Of a DNA stretch of 64,000 nt, positions 31,633 through 40,931 are shown piece after piece. Source of the DNA: Alphaproteobacteria bacterium (GTDB taxonomy: Bacteria > Pseudomonadota > Alphaproteobacteria > UBA828); the NCBI GenBank assembly GCA_963667785.2, contig CAXXMU010000006.1, positions 24,547 through 88,546 on the forward strand. The letters are read 5' to 3'. The position numbers were made by a program, and so were the translations under genes. The first letter of the stretch is position 1, and each line of letters begins with the position of its first letter. The notes beneath the pieces are model-generated. The model did not search any database, was not told the DNA's origin, and worked only from the letters and a program-made list of their open reading frames with translations.

Positions 31633-31670
31633 GTGCCGCATAGAGTGCCGCTTGTGCCGGGTTGTCCCGG
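31633..31670 (+). repeat. Array of four direct GTGCCGS-type heptamers downstream of paralog 1
   Basis: GTGCCGC at 31633, GTGCCGC at 31645, GTGCCGG at 31654, GTCCCGG at 31664 (spacing 12, 9, 10 bp). Confidence 0.5.
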
Positions 31671-31867
31671 GATATCCCGCATAAAAAACGAGGGGGGCCG
31701 TGTCACTTCGCGCCCCCGCCGTCCGGCCATGACGAAGGGGAGATCGGGCGGCAGGGACCCGTTGCCGCGAACGACACCATGTGCGCCGCGCTCACGACCG
31801 ACTCAGGCGCGGACTCTCTTTCCGCGCTCGCGACCTTTCAGGCGCGAGCGACCCGGGCTCGCGTGAC

Positions 31868-32092
31868 TTAGTTCAGGCCGAAGTCGCCGAAGCGCTTGTT
31901 GAAGCGCGAGACCTGGCCGCCGCGGTCGACCAGCCGCTGGGCGCCGCCGGTCCAGACCGGGTGCGACAGCGGGTCGATGTCGAGCGTCAGCGTGTCGCCG
32001 GCCTTGCCCCACGTGGACCGCGTGGTAAAGGTGCTGCCGTCTGTGCGGACGACGGTGATCTCGTGATAGTCGGGATGAATGTCTTTCTTCAT
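31868..32092 (-). CDS. rpmE: 50S ribosomal protein L31
   Basis: 74 aa from ATG 32092: [24 protein letters not shown]. Confidence 0.95.
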   Translation of the reverse strand: MKKDIHPDYHEITVVRTDGSTFTTRSTWGKAGDTLTLDIDPLSHPVWTGGAQRLVDRGGQVSRFNKRFGDFGLN

Positions 32093-32208
32093 CGGGGGCC
32101 CCGCTTGCCGAGCGGGCTTCATACAGAGACGGCGGCCCCGACGCAAGCGTTGACGCAAGCGCCTCCGCGCTCCTGCGCGCAAGCCGCGCACGCGACGGGG
32201 CCAGCCGG

Positions 32209-34095
32209 GTGAGCCTGCTGGGCTCCACTGCTGCGCGGCGCCGGGCGGGCGAGACGCCCTCGTCCGCGCTGCCGCCCCGCCGCGAGGTCCGCCAGATCCG
32301 CCACCTCTTCCGCTATCTCGGCCCCTACCGCTGGGTGATCGCCGCCGCCATCGTGGCGCTTTGCGTCAGCGCCGCGGCGGTGCTCGCGCTGGGCCAGGGG
32401 CTCCGCGTGCTGATCGACGACGGCCTCGGCGGCGAGGAGGCCACGCGCCTGCACGAGGCGCTGATGTACATGGCGGGCATGGTGGGGCTGCTCGCGGCTG
32501 GCACCTTCACCCGCTTCTACCTCGTCTCCTGGCTCGGCGAGCGGGTGATCGCCGACCTCAGGCGCGCGGTCTTCCGCCGCCTCGTCTCCCTGAGCCCGGC
32601 CTTCTTCGAGATCAACAAGGTGGGCGAGCTGCTCTCGCGCATCACCACCGACACCACCCTGCTGCAGACGGTGATCGGCCACCAGGCATCGTCGGCGATC
32701 CGCAACCTGCTGCTCCTCCTCGGCGCGAGCGCGATGCTGGTGGTGACGAGCCCGACGCTCACCGGCTTCGTGGTGCTGATGGTGCCCGTGGTGGTGATCC
32801 CCATCGTCGTTCTCGGCCGCCGGGTGCGGCGCTACTCCCGCATCGCCCAGGACCGCGTGGGCGACGTCGCCGGCCACCTGGAGGAGGCGCTCGGCGGGAT
32901 TCGCACCGTGCAGGCGTTCGGCCAGGAGGAGAGCAGCGGCGCGCGCTTCAGCGGCCATGTCGAGGCGGCCTTCCGGGCAGCGCTCAGCCGCGTGCGTGCG
33001 CGGGCGCTGCTGACCGCGATCGTCATCCTGCTCGTCTTCTGCGGCGTCGGCCTGGTGCTCTGGATCGCCGGCCGCACCGTGCTGCAGGGCGAGATGACCG
33101 GCGGCGAGATGACCGCCTTCATGTTCTACGCGGTGGTGGTCGCAGGCTCGGTGGGCTCGCTCAGCGAGGTCTACGGCGATCTGCAGCACGCCGCCGGCGC
33201 TGCCGAGCGGCTCGCCGAGCTGCTCGGGCAGGAGCCCGCGCTCGCGCCGCCGCCGCCGGTGGCCCGGCCGCTGCCGGAGCCGCAGCAGGGCGCGGTGCGC
33301 ATCGACGATGCCACCTTCCGCTACCCCTCGCGACCTGACGCCGCGGCGCTGGCGAGCTTCTCGCTTTCCGTCCGGCCGGGCGAGACGGTAGCCCTGGTCG
33401 GCCCCTCCGGCGCGGGCAAGTCGACCGTGTTCAACCTCCTGCTCCGCTTCTACGACCCCGATACGGGGCGGGTCGCCCTCGACGGAATCGACCTGCGCGA
33501 GGCGTCGCTCGAGGCGGTGCGCGGCTCGTTCGCCCTGGTGCCGCAGGACCCGGTGATCTTCGCCGCCAGCGCCTGGGAGAACATCCGCTTCGGCCGGCCC
33601 GACGCGGGCGACGACGAGGTGCGCGCCGCGGCCGAGGCTGCCGACGCCGCCGCCTTTCTCGACGCGCTGCCGGAGGGCTTCGACACCTTCCTGGGCGAGC
33701 GGGGAACGCGGCTCTCGGGCGGGCAGAAGCAGCGTATCGCGCTCGCCCGCGCTGTGCTGCGCAACCCGGCGGTGCTGCTGCTCGACGAGGCGACGAGCGC
33801 CCTCGATGCCGAGAGCGAGCGGGCGGTGCAGGAGGCGCTGGAGCGCCTCATGGCGGGGCGCACCACCATCGTCATCGCCCACCGCCTGGCGACGGTGCAG
33901 AAGGCCGACCGCATCGTGGTGATGGACGAGGGCCGCGTCGTCGCCGAGGGGACGCACCGGGCGCTCATGGCGCGCGGCGGGCTCTATGCCCGCCTCGCCG
34001 CGCTCCAGTTCGACGACGGGCGGGCACCGAGCGCGGACCCCTACGACGCGCCTGCGGACGCCCTCGGCACCACGCCCCGCAGCGCAGCGGGCTAG
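32209..34095 (+). CDS. ABC transporter ATP-binding protein/permease (ABCB / MsbA-like half transporter)
   Basis: 628 aa with a six-TM region, Walker [10 protein letters not shown], signature LSGGQKQR and Walker [12 protein letters not shown]. The N-terminal start (GTG 32209) is uncertain. Confidence 0.9.
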   Translation: MSLLGSTAARRRAGETPSSALPPRREVRQIRHLFRYLGPYRWVIAAAIVALCVSAAAVLALGQGLRVLIDDGLGGEEATRLHEALMYMAGMVGLLAAGTFTRFYLVSWLGERVIADLRRAVFRRLVSLSPAFFEINKVGELLSRITTDTTLLQTVIGHQASSAIRNLLLLLGASAMLVVTSPTLTGFVVLMVPVVVIPIVVLGRRVRRYSRIAQDRVGDVAGHLEEALGGIRTVQAFGQEESSGARFSGHVEAAFRAALSRVRARALLTAIVILLVFCGVGLVLWIAGRTVLQGEMTGGEMTAFMFYAVVVAGSVGSLSEVYGDLQHAAGAAERLAELLGQEPALAPPPPVARPLPEPQQGAVRIDDATFRYPSRPDAAALASFSLSVRPGETVALVGPSGAGKSTVFNLLLRFYDPDTGRVALDGIDLREASLEAVRGSFALVPQDPVIFAASAWENIRFGRPDAGDDEVRAAAEAADAAAFLDALPEGFDTFLGERGTRLSGGQKQRIALARAVLRNPAVLLLDEATSALDAESERAVQEALERLMAGRTTIVIAHRLATVQKADRIVVMDEGRVVAEGTHRALMARGGLYARLAALQFDDGRAPSADPYDAPADALGTTPRSAAG

Positions 34096-34181
34096 CCCGC
34101 GCTAGTGTCCCGTTTCCGAGGTTTATGCGCACGCAGTCGGGCTGGTGGGTGACCTCGCCGACCGCGCCTCTCCCCCATGTC

Positions 34182-34283
34182 GTCATGCCCGGACTTGTTC
34201 CGGGCATCTCGTTCAGTAGGCACCCTCCGTCACCAAGAAGACTCGTGGATGGCCGGAATAAATCCGGCCATGACGCGGAGAGA
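34182..34283. repeat. Bipartite palindromic REP-like element, copy B
   Basis: GTCATGCCCGGACTTGTTCCGGGCATC (27/27 identical to copy A), then ... GTGGATGGCCGGAATAAATCCGGCCATGAC. Confidence 0.8.
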
Positions 34284-34321
34284 GCGCCGTGCAGATGGAC
34301 GGGAACTGTTGGAGCGGGACG

Positions 34322-35857
34322 TTAGCGCTGGGTCAGCTTGAGCTCGATGCGGCGGTTGCGGCGGTAGGCGATCTCGTCCTCGCGCGCATCGAGGGGCTGG
34401 AACTCGCCGTAGCCGGTGGCGCTCAGGTGCCTGGGCGAGATGCCCCGGTCGATGAGGAAGTTCACCACCGAGATCGCGCGCGCCGACGAGAGCTCCCAGT
34501 TCGAGGGGAAGCGCGCCGTCTGGATCGGCCGGCTGTCGGTGTGGCCGTCGACCTGCAGGATCCACGGCAGGTCCGTCGGGATTCGGACCATCACCTCCTT
34601 GAGGATGTCCGCGAACTTGGCCAGCCGGTTCTGGCCTTCTTGCCCGAGCTCGTCGGACGCGGACGCGAACAGCACCTCGGACTGGAAGACGAAGCGATCG
34701 CCGATGATGGTGAAGTCGCGCCGGTCGCTCAGCACCTGCCTGAGCCGCCCGAAGAACTCGGAGCGGTAGGCGGCGAGCTCCTCGACCTTGGCGGCGAGCG
34801 CGAGATTGAGGCGTTCGCCCAGGTTGGCGATCGTCACCTGCTGCTCCTCGCTCTTGCGCTCGGAGATTTCGAGGGCCTGCTCGAGGCGCGCGAGCTGGGT
34901 CCTGAGCGCCAGGATCTGCTGGTTGAGCAGGGCGATCTGATCGCGCTGCCGGGCGCTGAGCTGGCGGTTCTCGCTCAGCGCGGATTCGCTGTCGGCGAGC
35001 GAGACCTGGGCCGCCAGGTGCAGCGCCTGCACCTCCGCGAGACGGATCTCCCGCTCCTCCAGCGAACGCTGGGCCAGCACCGTGCGCTCCTGCTCGTCCG
35101 AGAGGCGCTCCTCGAGCTCCGCCGTCGTGTCACGGAGCGCGGCGAGATCAGCGAGGATGAGATCTATCTGCTCCCGGCTGAGCCGAAGCTCGCCCCGGCT
35201 GGCCTCGAGCTCCTCCTGGCTCCGTGCGAACTCATCCCTGCTGCTGGCGAGCTCGTCTTGGCTCTTGGCGAGCTCGTCCCGACTTGCCGTCAGCGCCAGG
35301 GCGAGCGTCGCGACCTTGGCCTCGAGGTCGGCACGCACCGCCTGCAGCGCGTCGATGTCGCGGCGAAGACGCTCGAGATCGGTGAGCAGGAGTTTGATCC
35401 TCTCCTCGCCGGCCTCGATCAGGAGCATTGCCTCGGCCTCGGCCTGCTGCGCGATGGCGGCCTCGGCCAGCGCCGTCTGCCCCTCGCCGGTCATGTCCCG
35501 CAGCCGCAGCCGCAGCGTGTCGCGCTCGCCGCTCGCCGAGGCGAGCTCGGCGCCGAGCCGGTCGCGTTCGGAGAGCGAGGCCTGAAGCTGGGCCGAGAGC
35601 TGGGCGATGTTGAGCCGGAGCTCGGCGTTGGCCTGCTGCTCCAGCGACAGCATCTCGGCGAGGCTGCTGATCTGGGCCGACAGCTCGTTCAGCTGGTCGT
35701 TCGTGCCCGACAGCGTGCGCTGGAGGAAGTACTGCGCCAGCATGTAGACGACGAGCAGGAAAATCATGACCAGGAGCAGGGTCGACATGAGGTCGACGAA
35801 TCCCGGCCAGTAGTCGGAGCGCTGACCCCTCCGTCTCAGGCGCGATGCGGCGTACAC
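34322..35857 (-). CDS. MotB/OmpA-like peptidoglycan-binding protein with a coiled-coil insert of about 300 aa
   Basis: 511 aa, GTG start. The N-terminus YWPGFVDLMSTLLLVMIFLLVV is a MotB-type TM helix with the conserved Asp. A long heptad-rich region follows. The C-terminal OmpA-like domain reads ...VDGHTDSRPI....FPSNWELSSARAISVVNFL...GYGEFQP......AYRRNRRIEL. Confidence 0.85.
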   Translation of the reverse strand: MYAASRLRRRGQRSDYWPGFVDLMSTLLLVMIFLLVVYMLAQYFLQRTLSGTNDQLNELSAQISSLAEMLSLEQQANAELRLNIAQLSAQLQASLSERDRLGAELASASGERDTLRLRLRDMTGEGQTALAEAAIAQQAEAEAMLLIEAGEERIKLLLTDLERLRRDIDALQAVRADLEAKVATLALALTASRDELAKSQDELASSRDEFARSQEELEASRGELRLSREQIDLILADLAALRDTTAELEERLSDEQERTVLAQRSLEEREIRLAEVQALHLAAQVSLADSESALSENRQLSARQRDQIALLNQQILALRTQLARLEQALEISERKSEEQQVTIANLGERLNLALAAKVEELAAYRSEFFGRLRQVLSDRRDFTIIGDRFVFQSEVLFASASDELGQEGQNRLAKFADILKEVMVRIPTDLPWILQVDGHTDSRPIQTARFPSNWELSSARAISVVNFLIDRGISPRHLSATGYGEFQPLDAREDEIAYRRNRRIELKLTQR

Positions 35858-35881
35858 CGGGCGGGCCTCCGCGCCTGGCCC

Positions 35882-37027
35882 CTAGCGACGCTCGTTCTCG
35901 GCGACCGCCGCTATGGTCCGGGCGAGAAGCTTGATCTCGCCGCGCAGCTCAGCGACCGTCTTCTCGCGCCCGGAGACCAGCTCCTCCAGGAGCCGCGTGA
36001 CATAGACGTCCAGATTGCGCAGATGCGCGCGGCTCGGCTCGTCGAGCCCGCCCTGCCGGGCGGCGCCGGCCGCCAGACGCTCCAGCACCGGCCGCATCTC
36101 GAGCTGGTTCTCGGCCAGCTTGACCATCAGGTCCTGCTCGGAGCGCATGTGGTCCGTGAGCGAGGCCAGCCGCTCGGTCAGCGACATCAGGTTGGCCGAG
36201 GATGACGCGCGCTGCTCCTCGCCGCGCGCGAGCGTTCGCTGCAACTCGTCGAGGCTGTCGGCCGTCTTTTCCAGCAGTGCGCTGACGTAGGCCGGGACCG
36301 ACTGGTCGCCGTCCATCGACAGCCCACCGCCGGAGAGCCGGGTGTAGGAGGACAGCCAGTCCTCCAGCTCGTTGTAGAACCGGTTCTGGGCCTGGCTCGC
36401 TTGCAGCTCGAGAAAGCCGAGGACGAGCGAGCCGGCAAGGCCGAAGAGCGACGAGCTGAAGGCCGTGCCCATGCCTTCGAGCGGCGCCTCGAGGCCGACC
36501 TTGAGGTCGTCGAACACGCCGATCAGGTCCTGGTTGGCCACCGACAGGTCGCCGATCACGTCGCCCACCGAGGTCACCGTCTGAAGCAGCCCCCAGAACG
36601 TACCGAGCAGGCCGAGGAAGATCAGCAGGCCGATCATGTAGCGCGAGAGGTCGCGGGATTCGTCGAGCCTGGAGCTGATGCCGTCGAGCACGCTGCGGAA
36701 CGAGACGGCAGAGAGCGTCATGCGCCCGTGCCTGTCGGCGAGCATCGTCGCGAGCGGCGCCAGCAGGCGCGGCTCGCGGGCGGGCGGCGGCGCCCCCGGC
36801 ACGTCGTCCCTCTTCATCGCCGCGAGCCAGGCGGTATCGGGCTTGAGCAGGAGGACCTGCCGGAAGTTGTAGACGATACCGATGATCAGGGCGCCGAGGA
36901 TGACGCCGTTCAGCACCGCATTGGCGAAGAAGGCGGTGGCGAGCGTGTCGATCAGCACGACCACTACCCCGACCACCAGGGCCAGGAAGAGGCTCATGCG
37001 AAGCAGGAATGGCCGCTGTCCGCTCAT
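35882..37027 (-). CDS. MotA/TolQ/ExbB proton-channel family protein with a C-terminal coiled-coil tail
   Basis: 381 aa with two N-terminal TM helices, then LLIFLGLLGTFWGLLQTV and GMGTAFSSSLFGLAGSLVLGF (family-typical TM3/TM4), then a helical tail of about 150 aa. Its stop is 24 bp upstream of the MotB-like start. Confidence 0.85.
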   Translation of the reverse strand: MSGQRPFLLRMSLFLALVVGVVVVLIDTLATAFFANAVLNGVILGALIIGIVYNFRQVLLLKPDTAWLAAMKRDDVPGAPPPAREPRLLAPLATMLADRHGRMTLSAVSFRSVLDGISSRLDESRDLSRYMIGLLIFLGLLGTFWGLLQTVTSVGDVIGDLSVANQDLIGVFDDLKVGLEAPLEGMGTAFSSSLFGLAGSLVLGFLELQASQAQNRFYNELEDWLSSYTRLSGGGLSMDGDQSVPAYVSALLEKTADSLDELQRTLARGEEQRASSSANLMSLTERLASLTDHMRSEQDLMVKLAENQLEMRPVLERLAAGAARQGGLDEPSRAHLRNLDVYVTRLLEELVSGREKTVAELRGEIKLLARTIAAVAENERR

Positions 37028-37147
37028 CGCCCGTCCGCTATTTCCGGAACGCTCGTGACCTTAGTACAGCGCGTCGCGGGCCGACAACCGGCGCCCCCCG
37101 CGTGCGCAATCCACGCCGCACCTGCCGCACCTGTCCGCCCGCCCCTC

Positions 37148-38149
37148 TCACGCCGCGCCTCCGGAGCGCGCCCGCCCGGTACCCGCGAGAGGATGCCCGG
37201 CCTGAACCAGGCGCCTGAGGCGCTCGTCGAGGACGTGGGTATAGATTTCCGTCGTCGCGATGTCGGCGTGGCCCAGCATCTTCTGCACCGCCCTCAGGTC
37301 CGCGCCGTTGGCGAGCAGGTGGCTGGCGAAGGCGTGGCGCAGCGCGTGCGGCGAGACCCGCCCCGGCTCGATGCCGGCCGCCCGCGCCAGCGCCTTGAGC
37401 ATCTGCGCCAGGCGATGGCGCGTGAGATGGCCGCTCGCAGCGCGGGAGGGGAACAGCCAGCGCGACGGCGCGCCGCCGGCGAGGTGGCGCTCGCGCACCG
37501 CGAGGTAGGCGTCGAGCGCACGGCGGGCCGGCGCTCCCAGCGGGACCAGCCGCTCCTTCCCACCCTTTCCCCGGACCAGCAGGGTGCGCGTCTCGGCCGA
37601 GACCGCATGGAGCGGCAGCGAGACCAGCTCCGAGACGCGCAGGCCGCCGCCGTAGAGCAGCTCGACCATGGCCCTGAGGCGCAGCCCGTCCGCCTCGCGC
37701 CGGGGCGAGAGCCCCGGACGGCCGGCCTCGGGCCATGCCGCCGCGAGCAACTTCCCGACCTCGTCTTCGCTCAGCACCCCGGGAAGCGTGCGGGGCAGCG
37801 CCGGCGACTCCACCGGGCCGGTGGGGTCGTCCTCGCGCCGGCCGTCGGTGAGCAGGAAGCGGTAGAACTGGCGCAGGCAAGAGAGCCGGCGCCCGGCGGT
37901 GCGGGCCGAGATGCCGGCGCGGCGCTGCGCCGCCACGAAGTCTCGGATCGATTCGGTTCCGGCCTCGGCGAGGGCGACGCCGGAGGGCGCAAGATGGGCG
38001 GCGAAGCAGGCGAGATCGCGCCGATAGGCATCGAGCGTGTTACGGGCGAGCCCGCGCTCCGCCGCCGCCATCTCGAGAAAGGCCTCGATGGCCGCGCCGT
38101 CGCCTGCGCGCAGCGTCGCCGCCACCGCCGTCCGCCCCCGGACCGTCAC
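37148..38149 (-). CDS. xerD: Site-specific tyrosine recombinase XerD
   Basis: 333 aa from GTG 38149, with a GTGA overlap on the upstream gene's stop. Motifs: AIEAFLEMAAAERGLARNTLDAYRRDL, RLRAMVELLYGGGLRVSELV, HALRHAFASHLL..GADLR.VQ.MLGHADI.TT.IYTHV. Confidence 0.9.
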   Translation of the reverse strand: MTVRGRTAVAATLRAGDGAAIEAFLEMAAAERGLARNTLDAYRRDLACFAAHLAPSGVALAEAGTESIRDFVAAQRRAGISARTAGRRLSCLRQFYRFLLTDGRREDDPTGPVESPALPRTLPGVLSEDEVGKLLAAAWPEAGRPGLSPRREADGLRLRAMVELLYGGGLRVSELVSLPLHAVSAETRTLLVRGKGGKERLVPLGAPARRALDAYLAVRERHLAGGAPSRWLFPSRAASGHLTRHRLAQMLKALARAAGIEPGRVSPHALRHAFASHLLANGADLRAVQKMLGHADIATTEIYTHVLDERLRRLVQAGHPLAGTGRARSGGAA

Positions 38150-40041
38150 AGCCTCGCCGCGCGCGCCGCCTCCAGGGCGATCGCCCGCGCCTCCTCCTTC
38201 AGCCCGACCGAGACGAGGGCGGAGACGACCGTCTCGACGGCCGCAAGACCGGCACGATCGGGGCCGCTCTCGCCCAGCAGCAGCAAAGCCATCAGAACGG
38301 TCTCGCCGAGCCGCCCCTCCCCAGCCGCCTCGCGCAAGGCCCGGTCGAGCACGGGGGCCGGCTCCCACGCGCCCTGCTCGACCTCGTAGGAGAGCGCGCG
38401 ATCCCATATCTCCGGCTCGATCGGGGTCTCCAGCGCGTCGAGCAGAAGCAACAGCAGGTTCATCTGATCGATCAGGAAATCGGGGTCGCTGTCCTGCTCC
38501 CGGAACGCGAGCCACGCGTCGAAATCGGCCGCCGTCGGCGCTTCCGCATCGCCGCTCAGAAGCAGCGTCGGCCAGAGCTGCAGCGCGGCGCGCGCCGCCT
38601 CGGCATCGCGCGGCGCCTGCGCGCGAGCCAGCGCGTACCAGGCCGACGCCGCGTCCCCGTCGCCGGCCGCCATCAGGACGCGCCCGGCGACGCCGCTGAA
38701 CCAGCCGTGCTCCGGCGCCGGCGGGATCGTCCGCACCAGGTCGGCGAGCGCGTGCGCCATGAGCGTCTCGGCGGCCTGTTCCCTGACTATGCCGATCGCG
38801 GCCGCCACCAGCTCCGCCCGCAGCGTGGGAACCGTCTGCGCCTCGACCGCCTGCAGCAGGAGGGCGCGGAGAAGCGGCGTCTCCAGTCCCACCCCCTGAC
38901 TCAGCGGCTCGGCGCGCTCCTCCGGGGAGAACACCATCTCCCGATAGAGCCCGCGCAGGGTCTCGATGGGGAGCACGCCGGTGGCCCAGGCGCGTTCCGC
39001 CGCCAGCAGCCGGACCGCGGGCGAGACTTCCGGCGCACCGGCAATGGCCGGCAGCACGTCCGGCGCGGCCGCCGACACCGCCTCCGCGGGGATCGGGAAC
39101 TGCGCCAGCCGCCACGCGGCGACCCGCAGGGGAGTGGGCTCCTCGAGCCCTTCCAGAACCGGCTCCGCCAGCCCCGCCATGGCGTAGATCGTCTCGTCGA
39201 ACGGGTCATCGGGCGCCGCGTCGGATTCGTGCAGGAGCTCGAGGCCGAGCATCGCCGCCTCGATCAGCCCGCCCTGCGCGTGGCAGAGAATGCGCACGCG
39301 GCGCCAATAGCCGTCGCCGGCGGCGCTCGCCTTGCCGCGTGCCTGCTCGCAGGCCGATTCGAAGTCGAGCGACGCCAGATGGCGATCGCTTCCGATCCGC
39401 GCGATAGCCTCCTTGCCGCCGGGCGGGCCGGCCGTCTCCAGCAGGGCGATGGCATACTCGCGCGCACCTATGGCGACGAGGCGCTTCGCCCGCGACAGCA
39501 CGAGCGTCCCCGGCTCGCCCTCTCCGACCGGCGGATGCGCCCGCGAGGCGAGCAGCGCCAGCGCCAGCCGTCGCATGGCGGGGGAGCGGATGGCGCCCGG
39601 CAGGTGCGGCAGCAGGGCCTCGATCCTGACGCGGCGCGATCCCGCCCAGGCCTCGGCGGGGAACGGCTCGACCCCGGGCAGGATCACGCCGGCCGCGTCG
39701 GGATCGATCGCGTCGAGCGTCCCCACCACGATGCCGCCCTCGCCCGGCGAGCCGGCTCGGCCGCCCTCCTCTCCGCCCGCGTCCCCGCTTCCCTCGGAAA
39801 GCGCATCGGCGGCAGGCGTGGGGGAGGAGTCTCCGCCCGGCGCCGCGGCATCGGCATCGTCGAGTTCGATCTCCTGGACGGGCACCAGACGAAGCGGCTC
39901 GTCCTGGTTCTGGCCGAAGCCCTCGCCGGCGGATACGACCAGCAACCCGGCGGCGCCTGCGAGGGCGCCCGCGAGACCGCGGGGGAGCCGCCGACGCGCC
40001 TTCCGCGGCCCCGCCATGCTACGACCCGAGCGTGCTCTCAC
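38146..40041 (-). CDS. Hypothetical secreted Ala/Leu-rich helical protein
   Basis: 631-aa ORF. GTG 40041 overlaps (GTGA) the stop of the upstream mini-ORF. Signal-peptide-like RRRLPRGLAGALAGAAGLLVVSAGEG. High GC3 throughout. I recognise no family. Confidence 0.65.
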   Translation of the reverse strand: MRARSGRSMAGPRKARRRLPRGLAGALAGAAGLLVVSAGEGFGQNQDEPLRLVPVQEIELDDADAAAPGGDSSPTPAADALSEGSGDAGGEEGGRAGSPGEGGIVVGTLDAIDPDAAGVILPGVEPFPAEAWAGSRRVRIEALLPHLPGAIRSPAMRRLALALLASRAHPPVGEGEPGTLVLSRAKRLVAIGAREYAIALLETAGPPGGKEAIARIGSDRHLASLDFESACEQARGKASAAGDGYWRRVRILCHAQGGLIEAAMLGLELLHESDAAPDDPFDETIYAMAGLAEPVLEGLEEPTPLRVAAWRLAQFPIPAEAVSAAAPDVLPAIAGAPEVSPAVRLLAAERAWATGVLPIETLRGLYREMVFSPEERAEPLSQGVGLETPLLRALLLQAVEAQTVPTLRAELVAAAIGIVREQAAETLMAHALADLVRTIPPAPEHGWFSGVAGRVLMAAGDGDAASAWYALARAQAPRDAEAARAALQLWPTLLLSGDAEAPTAADFDAWLAFREQDSDPDFLIDQMNLLLLLLDALETPIEPEIWDRALSYEVEQGAWEPAPVLDRALREAAGEGRLGETVLMALLLLGESGPDRAGLAAVETVVSALVSVGLKEEARAIALEAARAARL

Positions 40042-40166
40042 GTGTCGAAGCGCTCACTGGACAGCACCTTTTCGACCGGGCCGGCCGGCGGCGGAATGTC
40101 CCAGGTCAGGAGAAAGCCGATCCCGCCACCGATAATGAGCAAGAGGACGATCACGAGGATTTTCAA
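40038..40166 (-). CDS. Putative 42-aa single-pass membrane mini-protein
   Basis: Below the ORF-track size cutoff. TTG 40166, preceded by GAGGG 9 nt upstream, gives (M)[41 protein letters not shown]. Its stop overlaps the GTG start of the 631-aa gene. Confidence 0.35.
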   Translation of the reverse strand: MKILVIVLLLIIGGGIGFLLTWDIPPPAGPVEKVLSSERFDT

Positions 40167-40333
40167 CGGGGTATGCCCTCACTCCTGGCCGCCCACCGGG
40201 ATGGAAACGGCCGGCGGGCAATCGTCGCTTGTGTGGTAGAATCGAATTATGGCGACGGTGCGGCAGTCTATCGGCGCGCGCGCGGTGCTTCAACGACGCG
40301 CGGCCGGGCGCGGTGGCGCGCGTTGCTGAGCCG

Positions 40334-40927
40334 ATGACGGCAGGGTCGGGTTGTCCGCCGACGGACCGCACGATCGTTCTGGTCGGACTGATGGGGGCTG
40401 GCAAGAGCGCGATCGGCCGCCGCCTCGCCGCCCGGCTCGGCATGCCGTTCGTCGACGCCGACACCGAGATCGAGCGGGCAGCGGGATGCACCATCACAGA
40501 CATTTTCGAGCTGCACGGAGAGGCGGCGTTCCGCGACGGCGAGCGGCGCGTGATCGCGCGGCTGCTGACCCGGCCCCCGCACGTGCTGGCAACCGGCGGC
40601 GGTGCGTTCATGGATCTCGCAACCCGCGCGGCGATTCGGGCCAGCGGGATCTCGATTTGGCTGAAGGCCGACCTCGACCTGCTCCTCGCGCGGGTCTCGC
40701 GGCGCAGCAACCGCCCGCTGCTTGCCGGCGGCGACGCACGGGCCATCCTCACGCGGCTGATGGCGGAGCGTCATCCGGTCTACGCCGAAGCCGACATCAC
40801 CGTCGAGAGCATGGACAGGCCGCACGAGCAGATGGTGCAGATGGTCGTGGACGCGCTCGCCGCGCATGCCGCGGCGGAGCGGAGCGAGCCGAACTCGCAA
40901 TCGTCAAAGGCCGGCCTCGGGACCTGA
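40334..40927 (+). CDS. aroK: Shikimate kinase
   Basis: 197 aa from ATG 40334: [31 protein letters not shown]...G.TI.DIF...GE..FR..E. Confidence 0.9.
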   Translation: MTAGSGCPPTDRTIVLVGLMGAGKSAIGRRLAARLGMPFVDADTEIERAAGCTITDIFELHGEAAFRDGERRVIARLLTRPPHVLATGGGAFMDLATRAAIRASGISIWLKADLDLLLARVSRRSNRPLLAGGDARAILTRLMAERHPVYAEADITVESMDRPHEQMVQMVVDALAAHAAAERSEPNSQSSKAGLGT

Positions 40928-40931
40928 CCCG

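Noticed and set aside
34322-37027. MotAB-like pair considered as a Zorya anti-phage system
   Set aside because: No ZorC/ZorD (helicase/nuclease) or ZorE-type genes are adjacent. The long extension is mainly on the MotB-like subunit, not a ZorA-type tail of several hundred residues. The neighbours are housekeeping genes. I kept it as an uncharacterised stator pair instead.
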